In this document: positions 42,555 to 53,419 of the stretch, in pieces
How positions within the stretch are numbered: position 1 is the first letter of the stretch
Layout of the letters: every line of letters starts with the position of its first letter
NCBI GenBank assembly: GCA_032128375.1
Contig: JAQBGU010000181.1
Location: 1-64,000 of the forward strand
DNA from: Deltaproteobacteria bacterium
GTDB taxonomy: Bacteria > Myxococcota_A > UBA9160 > SMWR01
Length of the DNA stretch: 64,000 nt
Reading direction: 5' to 3'
The notes under the pieces: model-generated
Databases searched by the model: none
What the model saw: the letters and a program-made list of their open reading frames with translations, nothing else
What the model was told of the DNA's origin: nothing
Program-made: the position numbers and the translations under genes

Positions 42555-43073
42555 ATGTCGCTGAAATTTCGTGTCGCGCTGTTCGCGTTCGCCTTCAGTT
42601 TCTTGCTCGACGTCGGAACGAAGGTCGCGGTCGATGCGAACCTCGGTTACGCCGATCGGATCCCGGTCATCGAAGGCTTTTTCTATCTGACTCACGTTCG
42701 AAACACCGGCGCAGCGTTCGGACTGTTTGCGTCCGCGCCGAAGGGCCCGCGGCTGTTCTTTTTTATCGCCGTCTCGATTGTCGCGGTCGGGATCATCATC
42801 TCGTTCTACCGCAAGCTCTCCCCCGGGGACCGTCTCGCGTCGCTCGCTCTCGGCTTGATCCTCGGGGGTGCGATGGGAAACCTGGTCGACAGAATTTTTC
42901 GCCACGAAGTTGTTGACTTTTTGCATTTTAGATTGTGGCGCGGATATGCGTGGCCCGACTTCAACGTTGCCGACAGCGCGATCGTAATCGGGGTGGGCTT
43001 GCTCGTGTTGGAACTACTCGCGACCGAGGGTGAGCAACGCGCCAGCGAAGAACTCGACGGGTCGAACGCGTAG
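42555..43073 (+). CDS. lspA: Lipoprotein signal peptidase II
   Basis: NTGAAFG, GGA.GNL.DR, VVDF, FNVADSAI. Confidence 0.96.
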   Translation: MSLKFRVALFAFAFSFLLDVGTKVAVDANLGYADRIPVIEGFFYLTHVRNTGAAFGLFASAPKGPRLFFFIAVSIVAVGIIISFYRKLSPGDRLASLALGLILGGAMGNLVDRIFRHEVVDFLHFRLWRGYAWPDFNVADSAIVIGVGLLVLELLATEGEQRASEELDGSNA

Positions 43074-43447
43074 GCGTTTCTTCCAATTTTCTTCGATCGA
43101 TGTGTGCAACCTCATCGGACTCGGAAACGCGTGTTCCTCCGCGAGGCTGGACCCCGTAAACATCTACACCAAATTGTGATGATCGAACGCCTCGTTCGAA
43201 ATGTAAATCGAATACTCATTGACAAAGATCAGCGCCGTGCGATAGAAGGCAGACCTACTTACGCGGTCAACCGCGATTTATTCAGTTCGCAGGAAGGGTC
43301 AAAAAACGCGCCGGACCGACGGCCCAATCTGTAAGCAACAGCGACTGCCAGCTGATGGCTACATCGACTTCCTCCCCCCTAGTCGACACGCCCTGCTGGA
43401 AACTCAGCTAGATTTGTGCATGAGGGGGGTTGAGGGGTTGCAGACCC

Positions 43448-44245
43448 ATGCCGGAGAAGAAGCCGAAAAGCGACTACGTCATCCAAACCGTCATCAATGC
43501 TCTGCGACTCCTCGAGGAGTTTGACGGAGAAGACGAGCTGGGGGTGACTGAGCTGTCCCGGTATCTGAATCTCCACAAGAACAATGTGTTCCGATTGCTG
43601 GCCACCTTAGAGGAAGGCGGCTACATCGAGCAGAGCTCCGAAAACGATCGCTACCGACTCGGTTACCGATGTTTGGAACTCGGCGAGGCGTTTTGTCGGA
43701 GTCACACGCTAATCGATCGCGCGCGACCCGTGATCCGAGACTTGGCAACCGAAGCCGGAGAGACGGCGCACCTCGCTGTACTGTCTGACTACGAAGTGGT
43801 GCACATCGATGCCGAGGTGTTCCAGCAACCGATTCTAACGGGCTCTCGGGTCGGCCAGCGGCTGCCCGTTCACTGCACAGCTCTCGGTAAGGTGTTGCTC
43901 GGATGCGCTACTGGCGAACTTCGCGAAGTCTACGATCGAACCGTCGTGGCCGGTCGCCCGCTGAGCCAGCGCACAGAGGTGACGATCGTCGACTCACTGA
44001 AGTTGTTCGAGCACATCCGGACGTCCGCCGGCCAGGGCTTTGCGCTGGATATCGAAGAGTGCGAGCACGGGCTCAATTGCGCTGCCGCACCGGTCTTCGA
44101 TCGGACCGGCGCGGTGGTGGCAGCGGTTTCAGTTTCCGGGCCGTCTTTTCGGTCTGGCATCGACCGCCTGATGCGTGAGATCGTCCCGCTGGTGACCGCA
44201 TCTGCAGAGCGCATCTCTCAGAGTCTCGGCCACCGCACGCACTGA
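43448..44245 (+). CDS. IclR-family transcriptional regulator
   Basis: N-terminal HTH (LGVTELS..L.LHKNNVFRLL.TL), VG.RLP.HCTALGK, AAVSVSGP. Confidence 0.94.
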   Translation: MPEKKPKSDYVIQTVINALRLLEEFDGEDELGVTELSRYLNLHKNNVFRLLATLEEGGYIEQSSENDRYRLGYRCLELGEAFCRSHTLIDRARPVIRDLATEAGETAHLAVLSDYEVVHIDAEVFQQPILTGSRVGQRLPVHCTALGKVLLGCATGELREVYDRTVVAGRPLSQRTEVTIVDSLKLFEHIRTSAGQGFALDIEECEHGLNCAAAPVFDRTGAVVAAVSVSGPSFRSGIDRLMREIVPLVTASAERISQSLGHRTH

Positions 44246-44276
44246 CCGGCCGCACTGACCGGCCGGACTGAACAGC
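44238..44276. repeat. 13 bp tandem duplication of the IclR gene stop region
   Basis: CGCACTGACCGGC x2, then CGGACTGAACAGC; TGA stop inside the first unit. Confidence 0.85.
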
Positions 44277-44469
44277 GCGTTCGCCAAACTCTCCTACTCG
44301 ACGTGTCCGCGCGCGCCTGACGCGTGTCCCATGAGCCGCTCGAGAGGTCGGCCGATCCCCACAAGCCTTTGGATTAGCGGGGTTTTCGTCGCCTGCGAAT
44401 CTGATAGACTCCGCGACTCGCCCGAGATTGGTGCCGACTGCGCTGATTCAGCGAGGACGAGGTGGCAGC

Positions 44470-45753
44470 TTGATCACGCGTGACGAAGCCCTCAAATATC
44501 ACTCCGGGGGCCGACCGGGCAAAGTTGAAGTAACGCCGACCAAGGCAACGTTGACCCAGCAAGACCTCTCGATGGCATACACCCCGGGGGTCGCTGAGCC
44601 GTGCCGAGAGATCGCGAGGGACCCCTCTGCGGTCTACAAGTACACAGCAAAGGGGAACCTGGTGGCAGTCGTCACGAATGGCACTGCAGTCCTAGGTCTC
44701 GGCAATATTGGCCCATTGGCAAGCAAACCCGTGATGGAAGGCAAGGCCGTACTGTTCAAGCGGTTCGCCGATATCGACGTGTTCGACATCGAACTCGATA
44801 CGGCCGATGTGGACGAGGTCGTGCGCGCCGTCGAGCTGATCGCACCGACGTTCGGCGGAATCAACCTGGAGGATATTCGCGCGCCCGAGTGTTTCGAGAT
44901 CGAACGGCGCCTGCAACAAAGCCTCGATATTCCGGTCTTTCACGACGATCAGCACGGCACGGCGATTATTTCCGCTGCCGCTCTGATCAACGCACTCCAC
45001 ATTACCGGCCGACAGATCGAAAACATCAGGGTCGTGGCGTCGGGAGCCGGCGCAGCCGGGATCGCGGTTGCACGCTTGATTCGGGACCTCGGCGTACCGC
45101 CAGAACACATACTGATGTGCGACAGTCAGGGAGTGATCCACAGCGGCCGCGAGGGGTTGACCAAGCAGAAGCTCGAGTTTGCACCCGAAACTGACCTGCG
45201 CACGCTCGCAGACGCGATGGAAGGGTCGGATGTGTTCATCGGCGTTTCCCAAGCCGGCGTCGTAACGCGTGGCATGGTCCGCTCGATGGCGCGGGATCCG
45301 ATCATCTTTGCGATGGCAAACCCGGACCCAGAAATCCACCCGGATGAGATCAAAGCGGTCCGCGACGATGCCGTGATCGCGACCGGACGCTCTGATTTTC
45401 CCAATCAAGTGAACAACGTGCTGGGTTTTCCGGCCATTTTTCGGGGAGCGCTCGATGTGCATGCGAGCGCAATCAACGAGCCGATGAAGCACGCTGCGGT
45501 ACAAGCGCTGGTGGAGGTCGCCAGACGCGGCGAAGAAGTGCCGTCTGCGGTTCGCAACGCCTACCCCGACGAAGTATTCGAGTTCGGGCGCAACTACATC
45601 ATCCCTAAGCCGTTCGATCCCCGGGTGTTGCAGTTCGTCGCGCCGGCGGTCGCGAAAGCCGCAATGGACACGGGAGTTGCACGCTTGAAAATCGACCTGG
45701 TGGAGTACAGTGCGCGCCTCGAGCAGAGGATCGGAGATCTCGCTCGGATCTGA
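44470..45753 (+). CDS. NAD(P)-dependent malic enzyme (MaeB-like catalytic part, no PTA domain)
   Basis: [43 protein letters not shown]. Confidence 0.94.
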   Translation: MITRDEALKYHSGGRPGKVEVTPTKATLTQQDLSMAYTPGVAEPCREIARDPSAVYKYTAKGNLVAVVTNGTAVLGLGNIGPLASKPVMEGKAVLFKRFADIDVFDIELDTADVDEVVRAVELIAPTFGGINLEDIRAPECFEIERRLQQSLDIPVFHDDQHGTAIISAAALINALHITGRQIENIRVVASGAGAAGIAVARLIRDLGVPPEHILMCDSQGVIHSGREGLTKQKLEFAPETDLRTLADAMEGSDVFIGVSQAGVVTRGMVRSMARDPIIFAMANPDPEIHPDEIKAVRDDAVIATGRSDFPNQVNNVLGFPAIFRGALDVHASAINEPMKHAAVQALVEVARRGEEVPSAVRNAYPDEVFEFGRNYIIPKPFDPRVLQFVAPAVAKAAMDTGVARLKIDLVEYSARLEQRIGDLARI

Positions 45754-45818
45754 TCGAATTTCCAACAATTCCACCACCGAAACCAACCCACACTCCCAAC
45801 CCAGAGAGCTGGATTCAC

Positions 45819-47369
45819 ATGTCCATCGACGCGAAGATCAAGAAACTCCAGGAGATGAACGAGCAGGCTCTCCTCGGCGGCGGCGAAGCCCGCATCGAGC
45901 GCCAACACAAATCCGGCAGGCTGACCGCTCGCGAGCGTATCGACAAACTGTTCGACGCCGGCACGTTCGTCGAGATCGATGCGTTTGTGACTCATCGTTG
46001 CACCGACTTCGGAATGGAAAAAAACAAGACGCTCGGAGATGGCGTGGTCACCGGCTACGGCAAAGTCGCCGGCCGTCAGGTCTTCGTGTTTGCGCAGGAT
46101 TTCACGGTCTTCGGGGGTAGCCTGTCGGGCGCGTTCGCCGAGAAGATCTGCAAGGTCATGGACTTGTCGGCCAAGGTAGGAGCGCCGATGGTCGGGCTCA
46201 ACGACGGCGCGGGCGCGCGCATCCAAGAGGGTGTCGTTTCACTGGGCGGCTACGGCGACGTGTTCTTGCGCAACGTGATGGCTTCGGGCGTGGTTCCCCA
46301 ACTGTCAGCGATCATGGGGCCGTGCGCGGGAGGCGCGGTCTACTCACCAGCGATGACCGACTTCATTGTCATGGTCAGGAACACGAGCAACATGTTCATT
46401 ACCGGACCCGAGGTCATCAAGACGGTGACGCGAGAAGAAGTGACCGCCGAGGTGCTCGGTGGTGCGCTGACCCACTCGACCAAGAGCGGCGTATCGGATT
46501 TCGCGGTCGAGAGCGACGAAGAATGCATCCAGACACTCCAGGCGTTGCTGTCCTACATCCCGCAAAACAACCACGAGGATCCGCCGTTCGTTGCGACCAA
46601 CGATCCGAGCGATCGGATGGCGCCCGAACTGCGTAGCTTGGTGCCGGAGTCCCCGAACAAGCCGTACGACATCCGCGAATTGATCCACCACATCGTCGAC
46701 GACGCTACGTTCCTGGAAGTGGCACCCCTCAATGCGCCCAACATTCTGGTGGGGTTTTGTCGTTTTGCTGGACGCTCGGTCGGGATCGTCGCCAACCAGC
46801 CGGCGTACCTGGCCGGTGTGCTCGACATCGGCGCGTCGAAGAAGGCCGCGCGCTTCGTGCGGTTCTGCGATGCATTCAACATCCCGCTGGTCACGCTCGT
46901 AGACGTCCCGGGCTTCCTTCCGGGCGTCGACCAGGAGCACAACGGGATCATCAAGCACGGAGCGAAATTGCTGTACGCGTACTGTGAAGCGACGGTCCCG
47001 CGCATCAGTGTGATCACGCGCAAAGCGTACGGTGGCGCCTACGTGGTGATGAACAGCAAGCACATCCGCTCTGACGTGAACCTCGCATATCCGACCGCTG
47101 AAATCGCCGTGATGGGGCCGGAGGGCGCAGTGAACATCGTGTTCCGCAACGAGCTCACCGAAGTCGACGACCCGGAAGCCCGCCGCAAGGAACTCAGCGA
47201 CGACTACCGCGAGACTTTTGCGAGCCCGTACAAAGCCGCGGAGCTCGGATACGTCGACGCCGTGATCCAACCCGAAGAGACCCGACCTCGGATCATCTCG
47301 GCGCTGGAGATGCTGGCCAACAAGCGAGATTCCAATCCGCCGCGCAAACACGGGAATATCCCGCTGTAG
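45819..47369 (+). CDS. pccB: Acyl-CoA (propionyl/methylmalonyl-CoA-type) carboxyltransferase beta subunit
   Basis: [39 protein letters not shown]-terminal RKHGNIPL. Confidence 0.9.
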   Translation: MSIDAKIKKLQEMNEQALLGGGEARIERQHKSGRLTARERIDKLFDAGTFVEIDAFVTHRCTDFGMEKNKTLGDGVVTGYGKVAGRQVFVFAQDFTVFGGSLSGAFAEKICKVMDLSAKVGAPMVGLNDGAGARIQEGVVSLGGYGDVFLRNVMASGVVPQLSAIMGPCAGGAVYSPAMTDFIVMVRNTSNMFITGPEVIKTVTREEVTAEVLGGALTHSTKSGVSDFAVESDEECIQTLQALLSYIPQNNHEDPPFVATNDPSDRMAPELRSLVPESPNKPYDIRELIHHIVDDATFLEVAPLNAPNILVGFCRFAGRSVGIVANQPAYLAGVLDIGASKKAARFVRFCDAFNIPLVTLVDVPGFLPGVDQEHNGIIKHGAKLLYAYCEATVPRISVITRKAYGGAYVVMNSKHIRSDVNLAYPTAEIAVMGPEGAVNIVFRNELTEVDDPEARRKELSDDYRETFASPYKAAELGYVDAVIQPEETRPRIISALEMLANKRDSNPPRKHGNIPL

Positions 47370-47450
47370 TTGTGGTAGTTCAATGGGTAGTTGAATTGGT
47401 GTTGAATTGGTGTTGAATTCGTAGTTGAATTGGTTGGGAATTGGTTGTGA
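47366..47450. repeat. Drifting 9-12 bp tandem repeat from the pccB stop
   Basis: GTAGTTGTG / GTAGTTCAATGG / GTAGTTGAATTG / GTGTTGAATTG / GTGTTGAATTC / GTAGTTGAATTG ... Confidence 0.88.
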
Positions 47451-47496
47451 CCAGGGCGTGATTCGGCGTGATACCGGTGTAGATCGGGATTGAACT

Positions 47497-49275
47497 TTGT
47501 TTGACAAGGTGCTGATCGCGAATCGAGGCGAGATCGCCGTCCGCGTGATCCGAACCTGCCGACAGCTCGGGATCGAATCTGTAGCGATCTACTCCGAGGC
47601 CGACCGCGATGCGCTGCACGTGCGCCTGGCCGACCACGCGTACCCCTGTGGCGGCGCTGCGCCGCGCGACTCGTACCTGCAGACCGAACGTGTGCTCGAG
47701 ATCGCACAGCGGTCCGGCGCCGACGCGATCCATCCCGGCTACGGGTTTCTTGCAGAAAACGCTGACTTCTCGGACCGATGTGGCCAGGTCGGGATTGTCT
47801 TCATCGGGCCGAGCGGCGACGTCATCCGAACGATGGGTGAGAAAGCGACCGCCCGTGAGCGAATGAAGGCCGCCGGAGTCCCGGTGGTACCCGGTAGCGA
47901 CGGACCCATCGACGCTACAGAGGCCCAATCGTGTGCAGAGAGAATCGGATTCCCGGTGATGGTGAAGGCGAGCGCAGGCGGCGGTGGAAAGGGCCTGCGG
48001 CGCGTCGAAACTGCCGCGGAACTCGCGAGCGCGCTCGACCGCGTTCGCAGCGAAGCGCGGTCCGCGTTCGGCGATGACGCGCTGTACCTGGAGAAGTACG
48101 TCGAATCCGCGAGACATATCGAGGTGCAGTTCATCGCGGACTCGCACGGGAATGCGATCGGGCTCGGCGAGCGCGAGTGTTCCATCCAGCGCCGCCACCA
48201 GAAGCTGATCGAGGAGACGCCAGCCAACGCGGTTGGACCCAAGCTGCGCGAAGCGATGGAAGCAGCTTCGCTGGCTGCCGCTAGAGCCGTTGGTTACCGC
48301 GGGGCGGGAACCTGCGAATTTCTGCTGGGGGCAGGCGACACGTTTTTCTTCCTCGAGATGAACACCCGCATCCAGGTCGAACACGCGATTACCGAGGCGG
48401 TGACCGGGATCGACATCGTCGCCGAAATGATCCGCGTCGCCGCCGGCGAGCCGCTTGAAATCATCGCGGTGAACCCGCAGGGCTTTGCAATCGAAACGCG
48501 GATCTACGCAGAGGATCCCGATCGCGGGTTCATGCCTTCGCCCGGGCTGATCGATGTGTATCGCCCGCCCGGGGGCGTTGGGGTCCGGGTGGACAGCGGA
48601 GTCCAAGCGGGTTCACGTGTGACCACCCACTACGACCCGCTGATTGCGAAGCTGATCACCTGGGGCCCCGACCGGCTGACTGCCGTTTCGCGCATGCAGG
48701 GCGCACTATCGGAGTTCGTGATCGGTGGGATCGCTACGTCGATCCCGTTTCATCTTCGGGCACTTCGGAATCCTGCGTTTGTCTCCGGCTGCTATACGAC
48801 CGACTTCGTGGCTGAACAAACGGCCGGAGCCGCCAATTCCGCAACGACGACGTCCACCCCGGACGCGGCCGCCGCGACAACGTTGCGCGCGATCGCGTTC
48901 CGGCTCGCGGCGCTGTGGTGGATCCGACAGCGTGGGGAAGCATTGAGCGACGCCGATCAACGCTGCGAAATTCGCGAGCAACGGCCAAAGCGGAGCGCGT
49001 TCGAACCAGTCGAGGTGCGTTGTGTCGATTCCAACCACTCCTTCAGCCGATACGAATTTACGCTGGACGGCAAACTGAGCGAACTGGACATCGCCGGAGG
49101 CGAAAACGGAGCCGCCTTCTCGGTGATCGATTCGGATGCGCAGGTCGAAGCTGTCGTCGCAAAAAGGGGCAAAGGTCTCGACATCCGGACCGCAGCGGGT
49201 TGGATCCAGCTGGAAGTCCGAGAGCGGTCCGTCAGTGAACCGGCGATCGGCAATGGAGGTATCGAAGCTGGCTGA
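47497..49275 (+). CDS. Biotin carboxylase subunit of an acyl-CoA carboxylase
   Basis: LIANRGEIA, HPGYGFLAEN, GGGGKG, ERECSIQRRHQK, EMNTRIQVEH; no biotinyl AMKM motif. Confidence 0.92.
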   Translation: MFDKVLIANRGEIAVRVIRTCRQLGIESVAIYSEADRDALHVRLADHAYPCGGAAPRDSYLQTERVLEIAQRSGADAIHPGYGFLAENADFSDRCGQVGIVFIGPSGDVIRTMGEKATARERMKAAGVPVVPGSDGPIDATEAQSCAERIGFPVMVKASAGGGGKGLRRVETAAELASALDRVRSEARSAFGDDALYLEKYVESARHIEVQFIADSHGNAIGLGERECSIQRRHQKLIEETPANAVGPKLREAMEAASLAAARAVGYRGAGTCEFLLGAGDTFFFLEMNTRIQVEHAITEAVTGIDIVAEMIRVAAGEPLEIIAVNPQGFAIETRIYAEDPDRGFMPSPGLIDVYRPPGGVGVRVDSGVQAGSRVTTHYDPLIAKLITWGPDRLTAVSRMQGALSEFVIGGIATSIPFHLRALRNPAFVSGCYTTDFVAEQTAGAANSATTTSTPDAAAATTLRAIAFRLAALWWIRQRGEALSDADQRCEIREQRPKRSAFEPVEVRCVDSNHSFSRYEFTLDGKLSELDIAGGENGAAFSVIDSDAQVEAVVAKRGKGLDIRTAAGWIQLEVRERSVSEPAIGNGGIEAG

Positions 49276-50230
49276 CTCACCGCGACCGATCCTGTTCGAT
49301 ACCGATATCGGCAGCGATGTCGACGACGCGCTGGCGCTCGGGCTGATTCTGGCGGTACCCGAGAAACTCTCGCTACAGGTGGTGACGACTGTGGCTGGCG
49401 ACACCGCACTTCGCGCTCGGATCGCCGCGAGCTTGCTGGGCCTCGCGGGGCGCTCGGATGTCGAAGTGTGCGTCGGCGAAACCCGTCCGCTGCTCCGCTC
49501 TCCGAAGCGATTCGGTGCGTTCGGTCATGAGGCCGACTGTGTGGCGGAGACCTCGCGGGCAGCCGAGGTGAGTGACGAACCGGCACCCGAACGAATCGTT
49601 CGGGCTGCGCGCGAGACCGACGGCCTCGAGATCCTGCTCGTCGGACCGATGACGAACCTCGCTCGTGCTCTCGCTTTGGATCCGAAACTCCCGACACGCG
49701 TGGCGGGAATAACGATCATGGGTGGCCACGTCCGAGAGGTCCGCATCGGCGACTTCCTGTGCTCACCGGGTATCGACCACAACCTGTGCTCGGACCCCGA
49801 GGCGACCGTCGCGGTGTTAGGTGCAGGATTTCAGACCACGCTAGTCAGTGCCGATGTCACGCTGTCAACCTGGCTGTCCAAGTCGAGCCTCGCCGAGCTA
49901 CGCGGCGCCGGACCGCTGGCACGAGAACTCGCGCGCCAAGTCGATATCTGGGAGCCCGTCCAACGCAAGATCTTTACTCAACTCGGTGGCCAAGTGGACC
50001 CCGACAATGCCGCGTACCTCCACGATCCGCTCACGGTGCTGGCACTGATCGACGACAGCTCGCTCGCATTCGAAAGCCTGAAAATCGTCACGTCCATCGA
50101 AGCGGATGTGCTACGCACATTCGAAGTCGACGCGTCTGTTTCGATCGGTGCACCGATGCGCGTTGCGACTGGCGTCGATGCGCACGCAGCATCGAGGCAG
50201 ATCGCGGCCATTCTGATCGGCGGTGGGTGA
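49253..50230 (+). CDS. Nucleoside hydrolase family protein
   Basis: DTDIGSDVDD (DxDxxxDD), GP.TNLA, HDPL. Confidence 0.88.
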   Translation: MEVSKLADSPRPILFDTDIGSDVDDALALGLILAVPEKLSLQVVTTVAGDTALRARIAASLLGLAGRSDVEVCVGETRPLLRSPKRFGAFGHEADCVAETSRAAEVSDEPAPERIVRAARETDGLEILLVGPMTNLARALALDPKLPTRVAGITIMGGHVREVRIGDFLCSPGIDHNLCSDPEATVAVLGAGFQTTLVSADVTLSTWLSKSSLAELRGAGPLARELARQVDIWEPVQRKIFTQLGGQVDPDNAAYLHDPLTVLALIDDSSLAFESLKIVTSIEADVLRTFEVDASVSIGAPMRVATGVDAHAASRQIAAILIGGG

Positions 50231-50285
50231 ATAGCGGCGTCATCGGACCGGTGAAGGAACGGAGAAGTTGCGCTGATCCGCGTCG

Positions 50286-51044
50286 TCAGGAGTGCACAGT
50301 GTTGGCACTGGGCGATGGTTTCTTCCGCGCACCGCCAAACAGATACGCGACGCCCACGCCGATCAGGTAGAGCAAGACCATCGGGATCGCAAGGAAGACC
50401 TGACTCACCCAATCCGGAGGTGTCAGCAGCGCTGCCGCGATGAATACACACAACACCGCGTAGGGGGTGCCGCGCAACAGTGTCGGGGCGTCGACAATGC
50501 CGGCCAGCGACAAGAAGAAGACCAGGACCGGCAGCTCGAATGCCACACCGAACGCGAGAAACAGCCGCGTTGTCAGCGCAAACACTTCGCTCATCGTCCA
50601 CGCAGACTGAACGAATTCGCTGTCGAACTGGGTGAAGAAATCGAACATCAACGGGAAGACCATCGAGTAGCCGAAGAACGCTCCGCCACAGAACAGCAGC
50701 GTCGACACCAGCACGAACGGCCCGATGGCGTTGCGCTCGTTCGGATACAGCCCCGGTGCGATGAATCTCCATGCCTGCCAGAAGAGAACCGGGAGCGCAA
50801 ACATGAAGCCCGCGAGTACGGCGCACTTCAGGTAAGTGAAGAAAATTTCGGTTGGGGCGATGGCCTGGAGGGTGTGGCTCCCTTCGCCGAGCGCGGCGAT
50901 GGCCGGCTTCAGAAGGTAGCCGAAGAGCAGCTCGCTGAAGTTCCAGGCGATCGCTGCGCCCAGCGCCCACGCGATCAGGATGCGGATGATTCGGGTTCGC
51001 AGCTCCGTGAGATGATCGGTGAGGGGGAGCTTTTCGTCATCCAC
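50286..51044 (-). CDS. tatC: Twin-arginine translocase TatC
   Basis: HL.ELR.R, W.FIAPGLY..E, FGVAFELP, AALLTPPD. Confidence 0.96.
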   Translation of the reverse strand: MDDEKLPLTDHLTELRTRIIRILIAWALGAAIAWNFSELLFGYLLKPAIAALGEGSHTLQAIAPTEIFFTYLKCAVLAGFMFALPVLFWQAWRFIAPGLYPNERNAIGPFVLVSTLLFCGGAFFGYSMVFPLMFDFFTQFDSEFVQSAWTMSEVFALTTRLFLAFGVAFELPVLVFFLSLAGIVDAPTLLRGTPYAVLCVFIAAALLTPPDWVSQVFLAIPMVLLYLIGVGVAYLFGGARKKPSPSANTVHS

Positions 51045-51297
51045 CGTCGTCTGCCTTGGGCGCATCGTGTGGCTTGACGGCGGTCGCTGCGTCGGGTCGC
51101 TCGTCAAGGTCCGGCGGCTCGACCCGAGCCGATTGCGCAACATCGAGAAACTCGCGCCGCAAGTCGTCAGAAGCGCGGCGAAATTCCGCGAGGCTCTTCC
51201 CCAGCGATCGGGCGAGTCCCGGTAGCTTCTTCGGACCGATCACCACCAAGCCGATCACCAGAATCACCATCAGCTCTGTCATGCCGATTCCGAACAT
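51037..51297 (-). CDS. tatB: Twin-arginine translocase TatB/TatA-family subunit
   Basis: MFGIGMTEL..I....L.V.GP.KLP.LAR.LG. Confidence 0.85.
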   Translation of the reverse strand: MFGIGMTELMVILVIGLVVIGPKKLPGLARSLGKSLAEFRRASDDLRREFLDVAQSARVEPPDLDERPDAATAVKPHDAPKADDGG

Positions 51298-51495
51298 CGA
51301 AGCTCCGTGAAGTCAGCGGCGCGAAGCGCCGGGCCGGGGACAATATAGCTTCGCTCGGGCAGAGCCGGTGACTCAATGCTGGCTAGCCCGGCCGCTCTAC
51401 CAGAAATGCATGGGGGAGCCGCCGGCGTCAAGCCGGGACTCCCCACACGCGCCCCCGAAAATTTGCGATCGGGTCTCGCGATCCGGTCGCGGAGC

Positions 51496-51900
51496 TCAGG
51501 CCTCCGCTGTCATCTGCACACGGTTCTTGCCGGTGGTTTCACACAGCAAGTCGAGACCCATCCAGTGGCGTCCATCTCGCGAGGCCGTACACCAGACGAC
51601 ACGAGCGATCGATGCACCCATCGATTGTCCATCGAGACTCCGGACGTCGATTTTCAGCAGTGAGCCAAGCGACTCGGGCTGGTCGACTCCGAGGCACATG
51701 CCGAGTCCGGAGACGTCGCGGGTGAATCCAACGCGCGGTTGTTGGCTGGCGCTTTCGCGCGGGAACGGCGTGTATTGCGCGATCCGGATCTCGTCGGCGC
51801 GAACTTCGCGGCGAACTGGAGTCGAAGCAGTGTTCCGGGCCGGAAGGTCCCGGACTCGCGTGACAGCACTCGCATCCAGCTTTGAGATTGCAGAGGTCAT
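51496..51900 (-). CDS. Stand-alone PilZ-domain protein
   Basis: RREVR (RxxxR) and DVSGLG (D/NxSxxG), ARVVW, GLDL; ATGA overlap with the HD-GYP gene. Confidence 0.78.
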   Translation of the reverse strand: MTSAISKLDASAVTRVRDLPARNTASTPVRREVRADEIRIAQYTPFPRESASQQPRVGFTRDVSGLGMCLGVDQPESLGSLLKIDVRSLDGQSMGASIARVVWCTASRDGRHWMGLDLLCETTGKNRVQMTAEA

Positions 51901-53093
51901 TCAATGGGCTCCCTTTGATCGGTGACTTGAGTGGTCTGAAGCGCATTTGCAGCGGCGTCGGCCACGAGCTCCATGTCGATGTCGCACGCTCCAGATTCGA
52001 GAACGAACAAAAATTCTTTGGCCAGCTCTGGGTCGAACTGGATCCCGGCGAATCGCCGCAGCTCGTCGCAAACAACGTCCCGGCTCAGCGCCTTGCGATA
52101 CGGCCGGTCCGAACTCATTGCGTCGAATGCGTCGACGACGCCGATGATTCGCGCCGCCAATGGGATCTGCTCCCGCGACTGACCGTCCGGGTAACCCGAA
52201 CCGTCCCACCATTCGTGGTGGTGGTGAATGGCAGATGAGATCGCGGTGGGAATCTTCAGGGGCTTGATGAGACGCGCACCGATGACCGGATGCTGCTCCA
52301 CCAATGCGCGCTCAGCAGCGTCGAGCGCGCCAGCGCGCAGCAGCAGGTCGGTCGGCACACCAACCTTGCCCAGGTCGTGCAAAAACGCCGAGAAGCGGAC
52401 GTGTTCCAGCTCGGTCGGATTCAGGTCGAGCCGGTCGGCGAGCAGGCTCGCGTAAAACGCGACCCGGCGGGCGTGGCCTCGCATGTAGCGATCTTTGACC
52501 TCGATGGTCTCTGCCAGCACCTCGAGAAATTCCATTGTTCCCGGCGGGTCGAAGATCGAATCGTTCGACTCGGGCGATTGACCGGATTTCTCGAACAACT
52601 CGCTGACCCGGCCCCGCATCCTCGCGCTGCGCTGCACGTCCTTGACAATCGCCAGCGCGTCGCGATCGCGGCCAACTACATCGCCCAACGCCTCGAGAAA
52701 CCCACTCAGTCGCGTCCGCGCGCCGTGCCGGTTCAATGCGCGTTCGACCGCTGCGCTGACCTGCACTACATCGAAAGGCTTTTGGAGGTAATCGCACACG
52801 CCCGAACGAATGCCCTCCGCGGCGCTCTCGACCGTTCCGCAGCCAGTGATGATGACGATCTCGATCTGCGGAAATTCGGCTTGTACCGTCCGCATCAGTT
52901 CCTGGCCGTGCATCCCGGGCATGTTGAGGTCCAGTGTCATCAGCTCGATGGGTTCACGGCGCAGGCACTCGAGGGCTTCGGCGCCGCTGGCCGCCTGAAT
53001 GACGCGGTGTTTGGGCTCGAGGATCATGCGCAGCGAATCACGCGGGCCGCGCTCATCGTCCACGATCAGGACACTGGCAGTACCTTGGTCCAC
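51897..53093 (-). CDS. Response regulator with HD-GYP phosphodiesterase domain
   Basis: Receiver (IVDD, DLNMPG, KP), LHDLGK, HHE..DGSGYP, RPYR; GTG start after AGGAGG. Confidence 0.93.
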   Translation of the reverse strand: MDQGTASVLIVDDERGPRDSLRMILEPKHRVIQAASGAEALECLRREPIELMTLDLNMPGMHGQELMRTVQAEFPQIEIVIITGCGTVESAAEGIRSGVCDYLQKPFDVVQVSAAVERALNRHGARTRLSGFLEALGDVVGRDRDALAIVKDVQRSARMRGRVSELFEKSGQSPESNDSIFDPPGTMEFLEVLAETIEVKDRYMRGHARRVAFYASLLADRLDLNPTELEHVRFSAFLHDLGKVGVPTDLLLRAGALDAAERALVEQHPVIGARLIKPLKIPTAISSAIHHHHEWWDGSGYPDGQSREQIPLAARIIGVVDAFDAMSSDRPYRKALSRDVVCDELRRFAGIQFDPELAKEFLFVLESGACDIDMELVADAAANALQTTQVTDQREPIE

Positions 53094-53119
53094 TTGGCCT
53101 CCTGCTGCGGGACGGGCAT

Positions 53120-53135
53120 CGCAAGCGGTGTGCCA
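53120..53135 (-). promoter_or_regulatory. Sigma-54 promoter of the HD-GYP/PilZ unit
   Basis: Minus strand TGGCACACCGCTTGCG, exact GG-N10-GC, just upstream of the RBS. Confidence 0.82.
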
Positions 53136-53372
53136 GGTTCGAGTCGGCGGGCAATTTTCCTCCGAACCGCCCGATTTCAAAGCGAAATCAGCTGGCTCGG
53201 GAGCCTACCGATCAACTGCGTGGTCGCCCTGTGGCCGTTCACACGCGAACGCATGGAGGATGAAGATCGCGAACTTGGCTGACTTTAAAGGGGAAAAGCA
53301 GAGTGTTCCGAATGGAACGCAAGGGACAGGAGGGGGAAGCTCGCGCGCCGAGGCTCTTCCAGGCGTTGCTGC

Positions 53373-53419
53373 CGGTACTTCTGTCGGTACTCCCGTCGGT
53401 ACTCCCGTCGGTACTACAC
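53373..53419. repeat. 12 bp tandem repeat from the stop codon of the NtrC-type gene
   Basis: CGGTACTTCTGT / CGGTACTCCCGT x2 / CGGTACTACAC. Confidence 0.88.

Noticed and set aside
43074..43447. Structured ncRNA or riboswitch in the lspA-IclR spacer
   Set aside because: Only short hairpins and a possible TTGACA -35 element; no known RNA family recognised
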